NCBI GenBank assembly: GCA_028877205.1
Contig: JAPPHY010000011.1
Location: 17,218-81,217 of the forward strand
Origin: Chloroflexota bacterium
GTDB taxonomy: Bacteria; Chloroflexota; Dehalococcoidia; Lucifugimonadales; UBA2985
Length of the DNA stretch: 64,000 nucleotides
Direction of reading: 5' to 3'
Part shown: positions 44,604-54,363 of the stretch, piece after piece
Layout of the letters: every line of letters begins with the position of its first letter
Position numbering within the stretch: the first letter of the stretch is position 1
Notes under the pieces: generated by a model
Told to the model about the DNA's origin: nothing
What the model saw: the letters and a program-made list of their open reading frames with translations, nothing else
Databases searched by the model: none
Translations under genes and position numbers: made by a program

Positions 44604-45599
44604 ATGGAGCTGAGCCTCGCGCCGGCCATAGGGCTGTTCCTGGCGGCGGCCGTCGTGATAGTGATTGCGGCCTCGTTCCTGGCGGCCGCGGCGGACGTCA
44701 TCGCGGCGCGGATGGGACTCGGGCGGCTGTGGGTCGGGTCGCTCCTGCTGGCCGGCGCTACGTCGTTGCCGGAGCTTGTAACGGCCGTTGCGGCCTCCAT
44801 CGGCGGCTCCGCCGAGCTTGCCGCGGGAAACGTCCTCGGCGCCAACATGCTGAACGTCAGCAACCTGGCCATCATCATGGCCATTTGGGGCGGGCGCGAG
44901 GTGTTCCGGCAGCTGGCGCCGCAGCAGACGTGGGTTGCCGGAGCGGCGATACTGCTCACGGCAATGGCCACGCTATTTGCCGCCACGCAGATAGACTTCA
45001 AGCTGCTGGCCATCAGCGTCCCCGCCATCGCCATCATCGTGGTCTACGTGATCATATCCCGCATCCTGCGCAAGTTCAGCATGGAGGGAGAAGAATCCGC
45101 CGAGGATGAAGAGGAGCCGGCGCACTCGCTGGCGTGGGGATGGGGTGTGTTCCTTGCCGCAGCCGCGGCGATTTTCGTGTCCGGCCCCGCGCTCGCCATC
45201 AGCGCAGAGGCCATAGCGGACGCTACCGGCATTGGTTCCGGCTTCGTGGGCGTATTGGCGGTGGCGTTTGTGACCACCCTGCCGGAGCTCACCACCACAA
45301 TCGCAGCCTTCCGCATGAAGGCCTACGATCTGGGCCTCGCCAACATGTACGGTACCAACTCCTTCAACATCGTGGCGCTGGCGGCCGCAGACCTGGCCTA
45401 CACGGACGGCTCGTTCTATAGCTTCACGAACGCAGGTACGATCGCCGCCGGGCTGTTCGCCATCCTGCTGATGTCGCTGGGACTGGTGCAGTTGGCGATG
45501 CGACGCCCGCTCAAGCAGTTCTCGTTCACCGAGCCAAGCGCGCCGCTGTTCGTGACGATCTACCTGATCGGGCTGTTCGTGGTGCTGCGGCTGGCGTGA
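44604..45599 (+). CDS. Ca2+/cation antiporter (CaCA, YrbG-like)
   Basis: Two alpha-repeats: GATSLPELVTAV and FVTTLPELTTTIAAF. Confidence 0.85.
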   Translation: MELSLAPAIGLFLAAAVVIVIAASFLAAAADVIAARMGLGRLWVGSLLLAGATSLPELVTAVAASIGGSAELAAGNVLGANMLNVSNLAIIMAIWGGREVFRQLAPQQTWVAGAAILLTAMATLFAATQIDFKLLAISVPAIAIIVVYVIISRILRKFSMEGEESAEDEEEPAHSLAWGWGVFLAAAAAIFVSGPALAISAEAIADATGIGSGFVGVLAVAFVTTLPELTTTIAAFRMKAYDLGLANMYGTNSFNIVALAAADLAYTDGSFYSFTNAGTIAAGLFAILLMSLGLVQLAMRRPLKQFSFTEPSAPLFVTIYLIGLFVVLRLA

Positions 45600-45609
45600 A
45601 GCCGCCCGG

Positions 45610-46296
45610 CTAGCCCGCCAGCGTAGTTCCAACCAGCCTGCCTATGCCAAAGGTGACAGTGGCAGCGGCGCCGCCTGCGAGGGCCATTCTCGCAGCACCC
45701 CACAGCGGGTTGCGGTTGGACGTCTTGGCCAACGTGCCTCCCACCAGCAGCAGTGCGGCCGCACTCAGGGCAGCGCTTGCCGGAACATTGAGCGAGGCGG
45801 TCCCGAACAGGTACGGGATTATAGGAATCAAGGCGCCGGCAACGAATGCGGTGAAGGAGCTGACGCTTGCGCCGATTGGTGAGCCAAGCTCGTCCGGGTT
45901 CAGCCCCAGCTCTTCGCGAACCATGGTGTCCAGCATGGCTTCCGGGTCGGCCCTTAACCGCCTGGCCACCGTTTCCGCTTCCTCCTGCGAGAGGCCCTTG
46001 GAGCGGTAGATCGCGACCAGTTCCTGCTCCTCCTCATCGGGCTGCATGGCGATCTCGTCCCGCTCCTTCTCGATCTGGTACTCGTACACGTCCCTCTGCG
46101 AGCGCACGGAAACGTACTCGCCCGCGGCCATGGAGAATGCGCCCGCGAGCAGACCGGCGACGCCGGCCAGAAGGACGATGTCGGGATCGCCCGTACCGCC
46201 TGCCACTCCCATCACCAAGCTGAAGTTGGAGACTAGGCCATCGTTCACGCCTAGCACGGCGGCTCTGAGGTTTCCGTAGCTGGTCGAGGCGCGCAT
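45610..46296 (-). CDS. VIT1/CCC1 family iron/manganese transporter
   Basis: LRAAVLGVNDGLVSNFSLVMGVAG...AGEYVSVRSQRD. Confidence 0.85.
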   Translation of the reverse strand: MRASTSYGNLRAAVLGVNDGLVSNFSLVMGVAGGTGDPDIVLLAGVAGLLAGAFSMAAGEYVSVRSQRDVYEYQIEKERDEIAMQPDEEEQELVAIYRSKGLSQEEAETVARRLRADPEAMLDTMVREELGLNPDELGSPIGASVSSFTAFVAGALIPIIPYLFGTASLNVPASAALSAAALLLVGGTLAKTSNRNPLWGAARMALAGGAAATVTFGIGRLVGTTLAG

Positions 46297-46394
46297 CTGT
46301 ATCGGTCCGTCTACCTGGCGGACAGGGACTACCGGCCGGCGAAGAAAGCGGCACTGCCTGCTTCCCCTTGCCTATAGGCCGGAGCCTGCGCGGG

Positions 46395-46862
46395 CTAGCC
46401 CTCCGCCAGGTCCTGGATCATCAGCTTCACCAGGTCGTGCCGGGTGATTATACCCACAAGCTCCCTGCTGCGCGTGACCGGAATCCTTTTGAAGCCCTTG
46501 CTGATCATGATGTCAGCCACCTTAGCGACCGAATCTTCCTCATCGACGGTTGCCACAGGACGGCTCATGACCTCCTTGATCCGCCTGCTGCTCACCTCGC
46601 GTGACACCCTCTCCAGCGTCTCCGGCCGCACGAACGATCCCATGAGGGTGTACAGATAGTCCGACATTGGAAGGAACTTGCGGTGGAAGCCGAAGTCCGA
46701 GTGGGTGATTATGCCCGTCAGCTTTCCACTGCCGTCGACTACCGGGAGGCAGCTTGTGCCGTACTTCAGCATGAGCGACGCCGCCTCCGCAACCGTGGAC
46801 TCCTCCGTGACGGTGACCACGGGCCTGCTCATTATGTCGCGTGCGTTCACGTCTGCCTCCAT
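46395..46862 (-). CDS. CBS-domain pair protein
   Basis: Two CBS repeats: ARDIMSRPVVTV...LPVVDGSGKLTGIIT and IKEVMSRPVATV...IPVTRSRELVGIIT. Confidence 0.85.
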   Translation of the reverse strand: MEADVNARDIMSRPVVTVTEESTVAEAASLMLKYGTSCLPVVDGSGKLTGIITHSDFGFHRKFLPMSDYLYTLMGSFVRPETLERVSREVSSRRIKEVMSRPVATVDEEDSVAKVADIMISKGFKRIPVTRSRELVGIITRHDLVKLMIQDLAEG

Positions 46863-47072
46863 CCCGGGCTTCGCCGGCCCGCGCCAAGCCTCCTCCCAGA
46901 TGCGTTCTCTACACCAATTCTACCGCGTTCGGCGGCGCCTGTCTCCCGCGCCGGCTGCGGTGATTGTGGCGAGTAGGCGTTGCGTAGCTGTCGCAGGCCA
47001 TGCAGATTGCCTGGCCTGCACAGCCGTTGCGCCTGAACTAGCGCGGCCGGCGGAAACGTGACGGGGTCCCGC

Positions 47073-47753
47073 TCACGCGCGGCGCGGGGTCAGCTGCGGC
47101 AGCCGCGCGATCACGTCATGGAAGTCGTTGAAGGGGAAGTGGGGGATGCCGTTGGCCTCGCAGTGGGCGCGGAGCCGGCCGCAGGCGAACACATAGTCGA
47201 CCTGACCGGCCAAGCATGTGTCCGAGAATCCGTCTCCCACGGACACAACTGTGTATCCCATTTGAGCGTACTTGAGCGCATGGTAGCACTTGCATGCGCC
47301 AACGGAGTCGCAGATCTCGGGGCATTCGTCGTAGACCACGCGCACCCGCTCACCCGCGTCGAACGTGCCGCGGCTGCTGAACACGGGCACGTCCGAAAGC
47401 CCATGAGCCGAGAGAACGGAGCGAATGTAGAACCCCAGCCCGCTGGACACTACGTTCAGCGGAATGTCACCCTCGCGGCACAGCTCCACCAGCTCCCTCA
47501 GGCCGGGTCTGACTACCGCCTCCTCCCGCACGAAGCGGGCCATCTCCTCTTCCCTGTCGCTGGGCAGGCAGCCGAACTCACTCGCAAGGCACTCGCGTCC
47601 CACGATGAGTCCGGCCTCCCGCATCGGCTCAAAGCGGCGCCAGTCCTCCAGGGCAAAGGCGTCCAGAAGCGCGACCCCCATGTCCTGCTCCGTCACCGTG
47701 CCGTCGAAGTCGATCAGGAGCGCGAGCTTGCCGGGGACGTCAGGCTGTGTCAT
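47073..47753 (-). CDS. HAD-IB family phosphatase (MtnX-like)
   Basis: LLIDFDGTVTEQD...NVVSSGLGFYI...SVGDGFSDTCLAGQVDYVFA. Confidence 0.65.
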   Translation of the reverse strand: MTQPDVPGKLALLIDFDGTVTEQDMGVALLDAFALEDWRRFEPMREAGLIVGRECLASEFGCLPSDREEEMARFVREEAVVRPGLRELVELCREGDIPLNVVSSGLGFYIRSVLSAHGLSDVPVFSSRGTFDAGERVRVVYDECPEICDSVGACKCYHALKYAQMGYTVVSVGDGFSDTCLAGQVDYVFACGRLRAHCEANGIPHFPFNDFHDVIARLPQLTPRRA

Positions 47754-47785
47754 GTTGCTGTCGGTGCAGGCTGGATGGGCTCCGC

Positions 47786-50053
47786 TCAGCCGGCGGATTT
47801 CACCGCGCGGCGGTTGCGGAAGAGGCCCGGCTCCACGAATGCGCTCGGCGAGGAGGCGGCCTCGTCTATTACCTCCAGCACGGATACGATTGCCGGGCTG
47901 GTCAGCAGCCGCTCTCTCTTTTCCGGCGTGTCCGCCAGCGGCTCATAGCCCTCTAGCGACGCGTTCTGCTCGTCCAGGATCTCCGCCACCTTCGCCAGCG
48001 CCCGCTCGATGTCGGCCTGGCTTATGACCTCGTGAAGCCTCCAGTTTGCCAGCACCGCGCTGTCGATGCGCTCGGTGGCCCGGTCCTTCATCTCCTCAAC
48101 CCTGTCGAAGTTCGCCACGCCGCTGCACCCGATACCCCGGTTCACCCACGGCTCCGCGTAGGCTAGCATGCTATGGACGTACCGCATCACCAGGCTCTCC
48201 TTCACGTCCGCGTCGGACACCTTGGAGGCGTCCAGCAGCGGGAAGGTGAGCAGCGTATTCCTGCCGATGTTCAGCGCCGGCGAGTCCTCCATCGCCTGCT
48301 GCACCTCGTCCACGTCAACCATGTGATAGTGCATGGAGTGGAGGTCGCTGGGGTAGGGAGCGGGCACCCACGCAGTGTTGCCGCCCGTCCGGGGGTGGTT
48401 TATCTTCACCTGGAGCATCTCAGCCATCGCGCGGTTCCTGACCTGCATGCCCTTGCCGATCTTCCCGCTCTTGTGGATGCCCGTCTGTATGCCCACGTCG
48501 ACGTTGTGGCGCTCGTAGCTGGTGTTGTAGGTGGCCGCGGTGAGGTCGTCCCGCACGTCTACGGGACCGGCCTGCATCTGGACTCGAATCTGAGAGCCGG
48601 TGCGGTCCAGGAAGCCGGTGTTGATGAAGAACGTCCTGCTCTGCGAGGCCTGGAGGGCGTCCGCGAGCTGGAGCGTCATGCCGAGCTCCTCGTTCATGAT
48701 TCCGATGAGGATGGTGCCCGACGCCAGGCCCAGCCGCTCCTCGATGGCCTCGAACAGCCTCATCTGCTCGGCTACCTCCTCCGCCGTGCAGAGCTTGGGT
48801 GTGACCTGGTACACGAAGCCCTTGCTGCTGTTCGGACCGCGGACCGGCATGGGGCCGCTTCTCTCTGCCCTGTCCTCGCCGCTCGAGCCCTTGTCGTGGG
48901 AGGTGGCTATAAGGCTGGTCAGCAGCAGACCAACCATACGCTCCGGCACCTCCTCGCCGTTCAGTGTGACGCCGTTGGTGTACATGTGGAGGGACACGTT
49001 GCGGACCGACATCAGGCTGGTACCCTTCAACGTGCATGCGTTGCCGTCCGGGTCCGTCATGGTCCGGTCTGAGTTGATGGTCTTGAGGTTGCCGCGGGAG
49101 CCGAAGGCCTGCAGGTCGCCCCGGATTACGCCGAGGTAGTTGCGAAGCCCTGCAACCTGGTCTTCCGCGTCCACGACAGTCACCGCGTCCTCGAAGTCGA
49201 TGATGTTAGTCAACGCGGACTCCACCACGAGGTCGCGGAACTGCCCGTTCTCCGAATCGACGGCGCCGCCCTCGTAGAGCTGAATCTGGACGCGCAGCCC
49301 GTTGTCGGTGAGATAGAAGTCGGCGAGCTGCCCGTCGCCGCCCAGGTTGAATCCGATGAACTTGTCCGGCTCCTGAAGCCGCGCCTCTCGCTCGTCCCGC
49401 GTTTGCGCCACCAGCTCGTACCGGCCGCCGGCGCCGCGCGCCACGGAGTACCGTGTCACGTCGTCGAACCGCACGCCGTCCGCCCACGCGGCCACGTGCT
49501 CGTCCAGGAAGGCGTTGGTCTCCTCCACCACCATCCGCAGCCTTGCGGGGCGCTGTGTGTCGCGGTCTATCTCCGGGTGCACGTCGCTGAGGAAGTAGGC
49601 GTCGTAGAGACTGCCCCACCTGGCGTTTGCGCCTCCCACTACCATGCTGGCGTTGGTCACCGGCGTGACGAGCTCAGGGCCGTTCTGGTCCATCTCGGCG
49701 TCAAGCTGCGGCGTGGTCATGCGGAAGTCCACGGGACCGGCGGCCGGGAGGTAGCCGATGTCCACCATAAACTTCTCCAGCTCCTCCGCGTCGCTGTCTG
49801 CCGTTTCCGGCGAGGGGCTCCAGCCGTTGCTCCGCTTCTCCCGGTAGTAGTCGTCGATCCTGCCCTGGGTCTCCTGGCGCATGACCAGCAGCTCCCGGTT
49901 CCGAGGGCCAAACTGCTCCACGAGATCGCCCAGTATACGGAACACCTCGTCGGCAGTGCGCCCGGTGCCTTCCACAACCTCGTCCCTGACGAACGCGTAG
50001 AGCCGGTCGTCTACTTGCAGCGTGCCGCCCGAGTCCAGACTTACCTGTGCCAT
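47786..50053 (-). CDS. glcB: Malate synthase G
   Basis: Collinear with GlcB as I recall it: ANARWGSLYDAY, IIDFEDAV, FINTGFLDRTGSQI, GKGMQ, TAWVPAPY, MHYH, MKDRATERI, LANWRL. Confidence 0.9.
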   Translation of the reverse strand: MAQVSLDSGGTLQVDDRLYAFVRDEVVEGTGRTADEVFRILGDLVEQFGPRNRELLVMRQETQGRIDDYYREKRSNGWSPSPETADSDAEELEKFMVDIGYLPAAGPVDFRMTTPQLDAEMDQNGPELVTPVTNASMVVGGANARWGSLYDAYFLSDVHPEIDRDTQRPARLRMVVEETNAFLDEHVAAWADGVRFDDVTRYSVARGAGGRYELVAQTRDEREARLQEPDKFIGFNLGGDGQLADFYLTDNGLRVQIQLYEGGAVDSENGQFRDLVVESALTNIIDFEDAVTVVDAEDQVAGLRNYLGVIRGDLQAFGSRGNLKTINSDRTMTDPDGNACTLKGTSLMSVRNVSLHMYTNGVTLNGEEVPERMVGLLLTSLIATSHDKGSSGEDRAERSGPMPVRGPNSSKGFVYQVTPKLCTAEEVAEQMRLFEAIEERLGLASGTILIGIMNEELGMTLQLADALQASQSRTFFINTGFLDRTGSQIRVQMQAGPVDVRDDLTAATYNTSYERHNVDVGIQTGIHKSGKIGKGMQVRNRAMAEMLQVKINHPRTGGNTAWVPAPYPSDLHSMHYHMVDVDEVQQAMEDSPALNIGRNTLLTFPLLDASKVSDADVKESLVMRYVHSMLAYAEPWVNRGIGCSGVANFDRVEEMKDRATERIDSAVLANWRLHEVISQADIERALAKVAEILDEQNASLEGYEPLADTPEKRERLLTSPAIVSVLEVIDEAASSPSAFVEPGLFRNRRAVKSAG

Positions 50054-50204
50054 GAGTCGCTCCTTGACGGTGGAATTCTGAAGTATCGAATGCGACGCCG
50101 TTGCTCAGGGCGCGGCGTCGCCGGAATGGGCTTGTGCGCGACCGATATTATCGCCCATACGGCCGCAGCCCGCAATGGCTGCTCGCAACGAGCCGGCTCC
50201 AATG

Positions 50205-50744
50205 CTAGATGGGCGACCCAGTCATCCCCTGCATGCTGCGGAGGAGCCACATCTCGCCCAGGTGGCTGAACCCGTGGGTCAGCACGTTCTCCATGAGCAC
50301 CTGCACGCCGGGCCTTTCGCCCATGGGCCTGACGGTGAAGATTCGCTCCAGGTCTGCGTCGGTGATGGAGGCCAGGTAGTCGGCAGAGGACTGCCAGACC
50401 GCGCGCATGTAGGGCAGGAACTCCTCGATGGATGGGAGGTGAACGGCGGCGGCATCCTCCGCGCTCATGCCAGTTCCCTGTGCCACGCGCTCCAGGCCGA
50501 ACTTCTCGTGCCAGCCGTCCTCCAGCCAGACGGGGGGCCTCCGCTCCTGTAGTACGAACCGCACCAGGTTGTCCTCGGTGCGCACGTAGTGCCACAACGC
50601 GAAGGCGATGTGGTTGCCGCCGTCCGGCGGCCGCCAGTGGAGCTGCTCCGTGGTGAGGTCGGTTGTGGCGGTCTCCAGCTCCTCGTGCAGGCGCTGCAGG
50701 TGGGAGCCGATAAGCTCTACGATAGCCATAGGTGCACCTCTCAA
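50205..50744 (-). CDS. DinB-superfamily (four-helix bundle, metal-binding) protein
   Basis: LTTEQLHWRPPDGGNHIAFALWHYVRTED...LTHGFSHLGEM. Confidence 0.7.
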   Translation of the reverse strand: MRGAPMAIVELIGSHLQRLHEELETATTDLTTEQLHWRPPDGGNHIAFALWHYVRTEDNLVRFVLQERRPPVWLEDGWHEKFGLERVAQGTGMSAEDAAAVHLPSIEEFLPYMRAVWQSSADYLASITDADLERIFTVRPMGERPGVQVLMENVLTHGFSHLGEMWLLRSMQGMTGSPI

Positions 50745-50819
50745 TGGATTGTTGGTGTCGGTAGGCTTGCCCCAGTATGGGGCTGCGGCCGCTCGCCGGT
50801 CAATGGCGGCGCTCCTCGC

Positions 50820-51611
50820 CTACGAGCCCTCCAGCGCCTTCCGGATCTGCTCGCCCTCGCGGCGCCAGAAGCCGAATAGGATTCCCAGGTCGGTGCCAAC
50901 CGAGAAGTGCCTGACACCCATGTCCAGGTACTCTTTCGCCTGGTCCGCCGTGCCGATCTCTGCCCGCGGCGGCACGCCCATCCTCAACGCGGTCTGGAAC
51001 ACCTGAAGCCTGGCCGCGTCCACCTCCGGGTGTCGGGCGTCGCCGGGGCGGCCGATGTTCATCGAGAAGTCGGCGGGGCCCCACTGTACCATCTCCACGC
51101 CCGGCTCGCTCAGAATCTCCTCCAGGCTGTCCAGCGCTCCCTTCTTCTCGACCATGAACGCGAGCACCGTGTCAGCGATGAGCTGTACGTACTCCGGCGT
51201 CCCGCCGTAGCCCATGTAGGTGTTGCGGCGGGTGGCCACCCCGTAGTGGCCGCCGTGGTCGGGGTGGTCCGGCCTCACGGCCGTGATGCACTCCCGCACG
51301 TCTTCTATCCCGCGCAGGTCGGTGAAGAGCACGCTGCCGAACCCCGCGCCAATCCCGCGCTGTGCCAGGTACGGCATCAGGCTCTGGTCAATCTTGATCA
51401 TGGCGCCCATGCCGTATAGCTCGGCGGTGCGGCAGAGGCTGTCGAGATCGTGCAGGTCGAAGGAGCCGTACTCCGCCACGAACTCCACGTAGTCGTACAG
51501 CCCCGTGTTGCCGAGGGCCTCGATTGCGGCGGGCCACACGCCTACCACGTGGGTGCTGAGTGTGGGTTCGCCCGCCGACAGCTTCTCTCTGAGCACGTTT
51601 CGTCTTGGCAT
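50820..51611 (-). CDS. HpcH/HpaI family aldolase
   Basis: About 260-aa TIM-barrel pattern: YDYVEFVAEYGSFD...MIKIDQ...EIGTADQAKEYLDMGVRHFSVGTD. Confidence 0.7.
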   Translation of the reverse strand: MPRRNVLREKLSAGEPTLSTHVVGVWPAAIEALGNTGLYDYVEFVAEYGSFDLHDLDSLCRTAELYGMGAMIKIDQSLMPYLAQRGIGAGFGSVLFTDLRGIEDVRECITAVRPDHPDHGGHYGVATRRNTYMGYGGTPEYVQLIADTVLAFMVEKKGALDSLEEILSEPGVEMVQWGPADFSMNIGRPGDARHPEVDAARLQVFQTALRMGVPPRAEIGTADQAKEYLDMGVRHFSVGTDLGILFGFWRREGEQIRKALEGS

Positions 51612-51744
51612 GTACTCCTCCTCCTTAAATCAGCAGCTTTGCACATATCCTATCGGCAACTCTCTCTCACGTCCATGTCTATTGGTTCTCATGTTATGAG
51701 TATGTTTCCCGCAAACAACATGTTCAGGGGCGGGAGAATCAGAG

Positions 51745-52080
51745 ATGAGAATCGGCTTCAGCCAGTCCAAGAAGATCGGCGATTTCGCCGAGGTATATCA
51801 GCACAATGTCGCGCCGCACAACTATAACAGCCACCTGTCCAGCTTCATCTGCGCCAGCCTGTGCGCGACCCTGCCGAACGTGCGAATCATGGAAATCGAC
51901 ATCGACGACGTGCCCTGGAAGGACGAAATGACCACCGCAGTGCCGGAGATAATCGACGGCTACATGACCATCCCGACCGGGCCCGGCTGGGGAGCGGACG
52001 TCAACGAAGAAGTCGCACGAGCATACCCCTGGGACGAGGTCAGCCTCTCTACAGTGCAGGCGCGGGGCCACAGGGTGTAA
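51745..52080 (+). pseudogene. C-terminal remnant of an enolase-superfamily (mandelate racemase / galactonate dehydratase-like) gene
   Basis: KKIGDFAEVYQHNVAPHNYNSHLSSFICASLCATLPNVRIMEID...IPTGPGWGADVNEE matches only the last ~110 residues of the family. There is an in-frame TGA at 51697, and AT-rich non-coding DNA lies upstream. Confidence 0.65.
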
Positions 52081-52131
52081 CTGCGGCAGGGATGCGGCGA
52101 GAGCACTGAATCAACAGAATAGCGCCGTACA

Positions 52132-53112
52132 TCACCCGTACACATCCGGATTGGCGCAGTTGGGAAGGCGGCTGCCCTCCAAGCCCGCGGCCAGGTTGTC
52201 GGCGGCCATGTTGGCCATGAGCAGGCGCGTCGCCACGCTCGCGCTCGCGATGTGAGGCGTGACGACGGCGTTTGGCAGCGACAGCAGCTCATCACGCGCA
52301 TCGATTGGCTCGACGGCCGTGACGTCGAGCGCGGCCATCGCCGGCCGTCCCCGCCGGAGCGCCGCCACGAGCGCGTCCTGGTCCACGACGCCTCCGCGGG
52401 CCGTGTTCACCAGGATGGCCGTCTCCTTCATCAGCGCCAGCTCCCGCTCTCCGATAATGTGGCGGGTTTCCGCGGTGAGCGGCACGTGCAGCGACACGAA
52501 GTCGGACTCGCGCAGCAGGCGATCTAGCTCGGCGGGTTCGGCGTTGAGGTCCGGCGGCGCGGGCGCGTTGGATCGACGGGTGTAAAGGACGCGCATGGAG
52601 AACCCCTGCGCGCGGCGGGCCACCGCCTGCCCGATGGCTCCGAACCCTACGATCCCCAGCGTAGCGCCGTAGAGGTCTCGGCCCAGCAGCACGCTCGGCC
52701 CCCACGTCTGCCACTGACCGGCGCGCACGTAGGCGTCTGCCTCCACGATTCGCCGCGCAGCCGAGGTGAGCAGCGCGAACGCGTAGTCCGCCGTGGTCTC
52801 CGTGAGCACGCCCGGCGTGTTGCCGACCGGGATGCCTCCCGCCGTGGCCGCCGCCAGGTCGATGTTGTCCGTGCCCACGGCCATGTTGCTCACGACGCGC
52901 AGGGAGGGCGCAGCCTCCAGCAGCGCGGCGTCGATGCGGTCGGTTAGCAGGCACAACACGCCGTCGGCCAGGGCAGCGCGCTCCCGCAGGCTGTCGTAGT
53001 CAGGCGGCATATCGCTGTCCCACAGATCCACCCGGTAGAGGGCTGCCAGCCTGTCCAAGACCTCTTGCTGCAGCCGACGAGTTACGAATACGCGAGGCGT
53101 TTCAGCTGCCAA
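52132..53112 (-). CDS. D-2-hydroxyacid dehydrogenase (glyoxylate/hydroxypyruvate reductase type)
   Basis: TLGIVGFGAIGQAVARR, NTARGGVVD, VVTPHIASA. TTG start at 53112 with GGAGG 8 nt upstream preferred over the ORF-track 53205. Confidence 0.85.
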   Translation of the reverse strand: MAAETPRVFVTRRLQQEVLDRLAALYRVDLWDSDMPPDYDSLRERAALADGVLCLLTDRIDAALLEAAPSLRVVSNMAVGTDNIDLAAATAGGIPVGNTPGVLTETTADYAFALLTSAARRIVEADAYVRAGQWQTWGPSVLLGRDLYGATLGIVGFGAIGQAVARRAQGFSMRVLYTRRSNAPAPPDLNAEPAELDRLLRESDFVSLHVPLTAETRHIIGERELALMKETAILVNTARGGVVDQDALVAALRRGRPAMAALDVTAVEPIDARDELLSLPNAVVTPHIASASVATRLLMANMAADNLAAGLEGSRLPNCANPDVYG

Positions 53113-54229
53113 TGCGAATACCTCCAACGAATGAGGCCACCGCGCGGGCCGCTGCCGACTCGATGCGTTGCAGCGTGTCGCCGGCCTCATCCTGAGACGG
53201 CGCAAGCTCGTATACCTCGTCGATTCCGAGCGCCGCGCGGCCCTCGGCGTCCAGCCCGACTATCGCGGCTACACATGGCGAGCCATGCTCCCGCGCCAGC
53301 GCGGCCACGCCGCAGACGCCCTTGCCCGCCCGCGTCTGCGCGTCCAGGCGTCCCTCGCCCGTGAGCACGAGATCTGCACCGGCCAGCGAGTCCGCGAGGC
53401 GCACCGCCGCGCTCACCACCTCGAATCCAGGCCTGAGGGCGGCGCCGCAAAAAGCCACGAGGCCGGCGCCTAGCCCGCCCGCCGCACCTGCACCCGGCAT
53501 ATCCAGCACGTCAAGACTCATCCGCTCCTTCACTACCTGCGCAAAGCGACGAAGCGCTGAGTCCAGCAGGGCCACCTGCGCCGGGTCGGCGCCCTTTTGC
53601 GGCCCGAACACGGCCGCGGCCCCTTCCGGCCCGCATAGAGGGTTTGTGACGTCGCAGAGCGCAATCACGGACGCCGATGCCAGCGCCGGATGCGCGCCCT
53701 CGCAGTCAATTGAAGCGAGCCGCGCAAGGGATGCTCCGCCCGGAGGCAGGTCGCGTCCACGCTCGTCCAGAACTCGGAAGCCGAGCGCCTGCGCCATGCC
53801 CACTCCGGCGTCGTTGGTGGCGGAGTCGCCCAGGCCAACGAGGATGCGACGGTACCCGCTCTCCAGAGCCGCACGGATGAGGTCTCCGGTGCCGCGTGTT
53901 GTGGTGACGGTCGGATCGCGTTCCGAGTGCGCGAGAAGCGCAAGGCCGGAGGCCGCCGCGGTCTCGATGACGGCAGTCTCACCGTCGCCGAGCACGCCCC
54001 AGCGCGCTTCAATCGGGCGGCCCAGCGGGTCAGCGGCCGGCGAAGTGACCCAGCGCCCGCCCGTGGCGGTGACCAGCGCGTCGACGGTGCCGCCGCCGCC
54101 GTCCGCGATGGGGACGACGGTCACGCATGCGTCCGGCATAGCGCGCACTACACCCAAGCGCATGGCTTCGGCCGCATCGGCGGCGGACGCCGTGCCCTTG
54201 AACGCCTGGGGAGCTACCACGACCTTCAT
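53102..54229 (-). CDS. Glycerate kinase
   Basis: MKVVVAPQAFKGTASA...PIADGGGGTVDAL...TGEGRLDAQT. Confidence 0.88.
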   Translation of the reverse strand: MKVVVAPQAFKGTASAADAAEAMRLGVVRAMPDACVTVVPIADGGGGTVDALVTATGGRWVTSPAADPLGRPIEARWGVLGDGETAVIETAAASGLALLAHSERDPTVTTTRGTGDLIRAALESGYRRILVGLGDSATNDAGVGMAQALGFRVLDERGRDLPPGGASLARLASIDCEGAHPALASASVIALCDVTNPLCGPEGAAAVFGPQKGADPAQVALLDSALRRFAQVVKERMSLDVLDMPGAGAAGGLGAGLVAFCGAALRPGFEVVSAAVRLADSLAGADLVLTGEGRLDAQTRAGKGVCGVAALAREHGSPCVAAIVGLDAEGRAALGIDEVYELAPSQDEAGDTLQRIESAAARAVASFVGGIRIGS

Positions 54230-54363
54230 TGCGCCTCGCGGTGCTGGATGGGCGGTGACTGACGGCCCGATTGTACCTCATGGGCAGGCGCCGGTCGAGC
54301 AGTCGCGAGAAGGCGAAACGGTTATTGACAATACGCCTAGCAAGCTCCATAATGCACGCTAGT

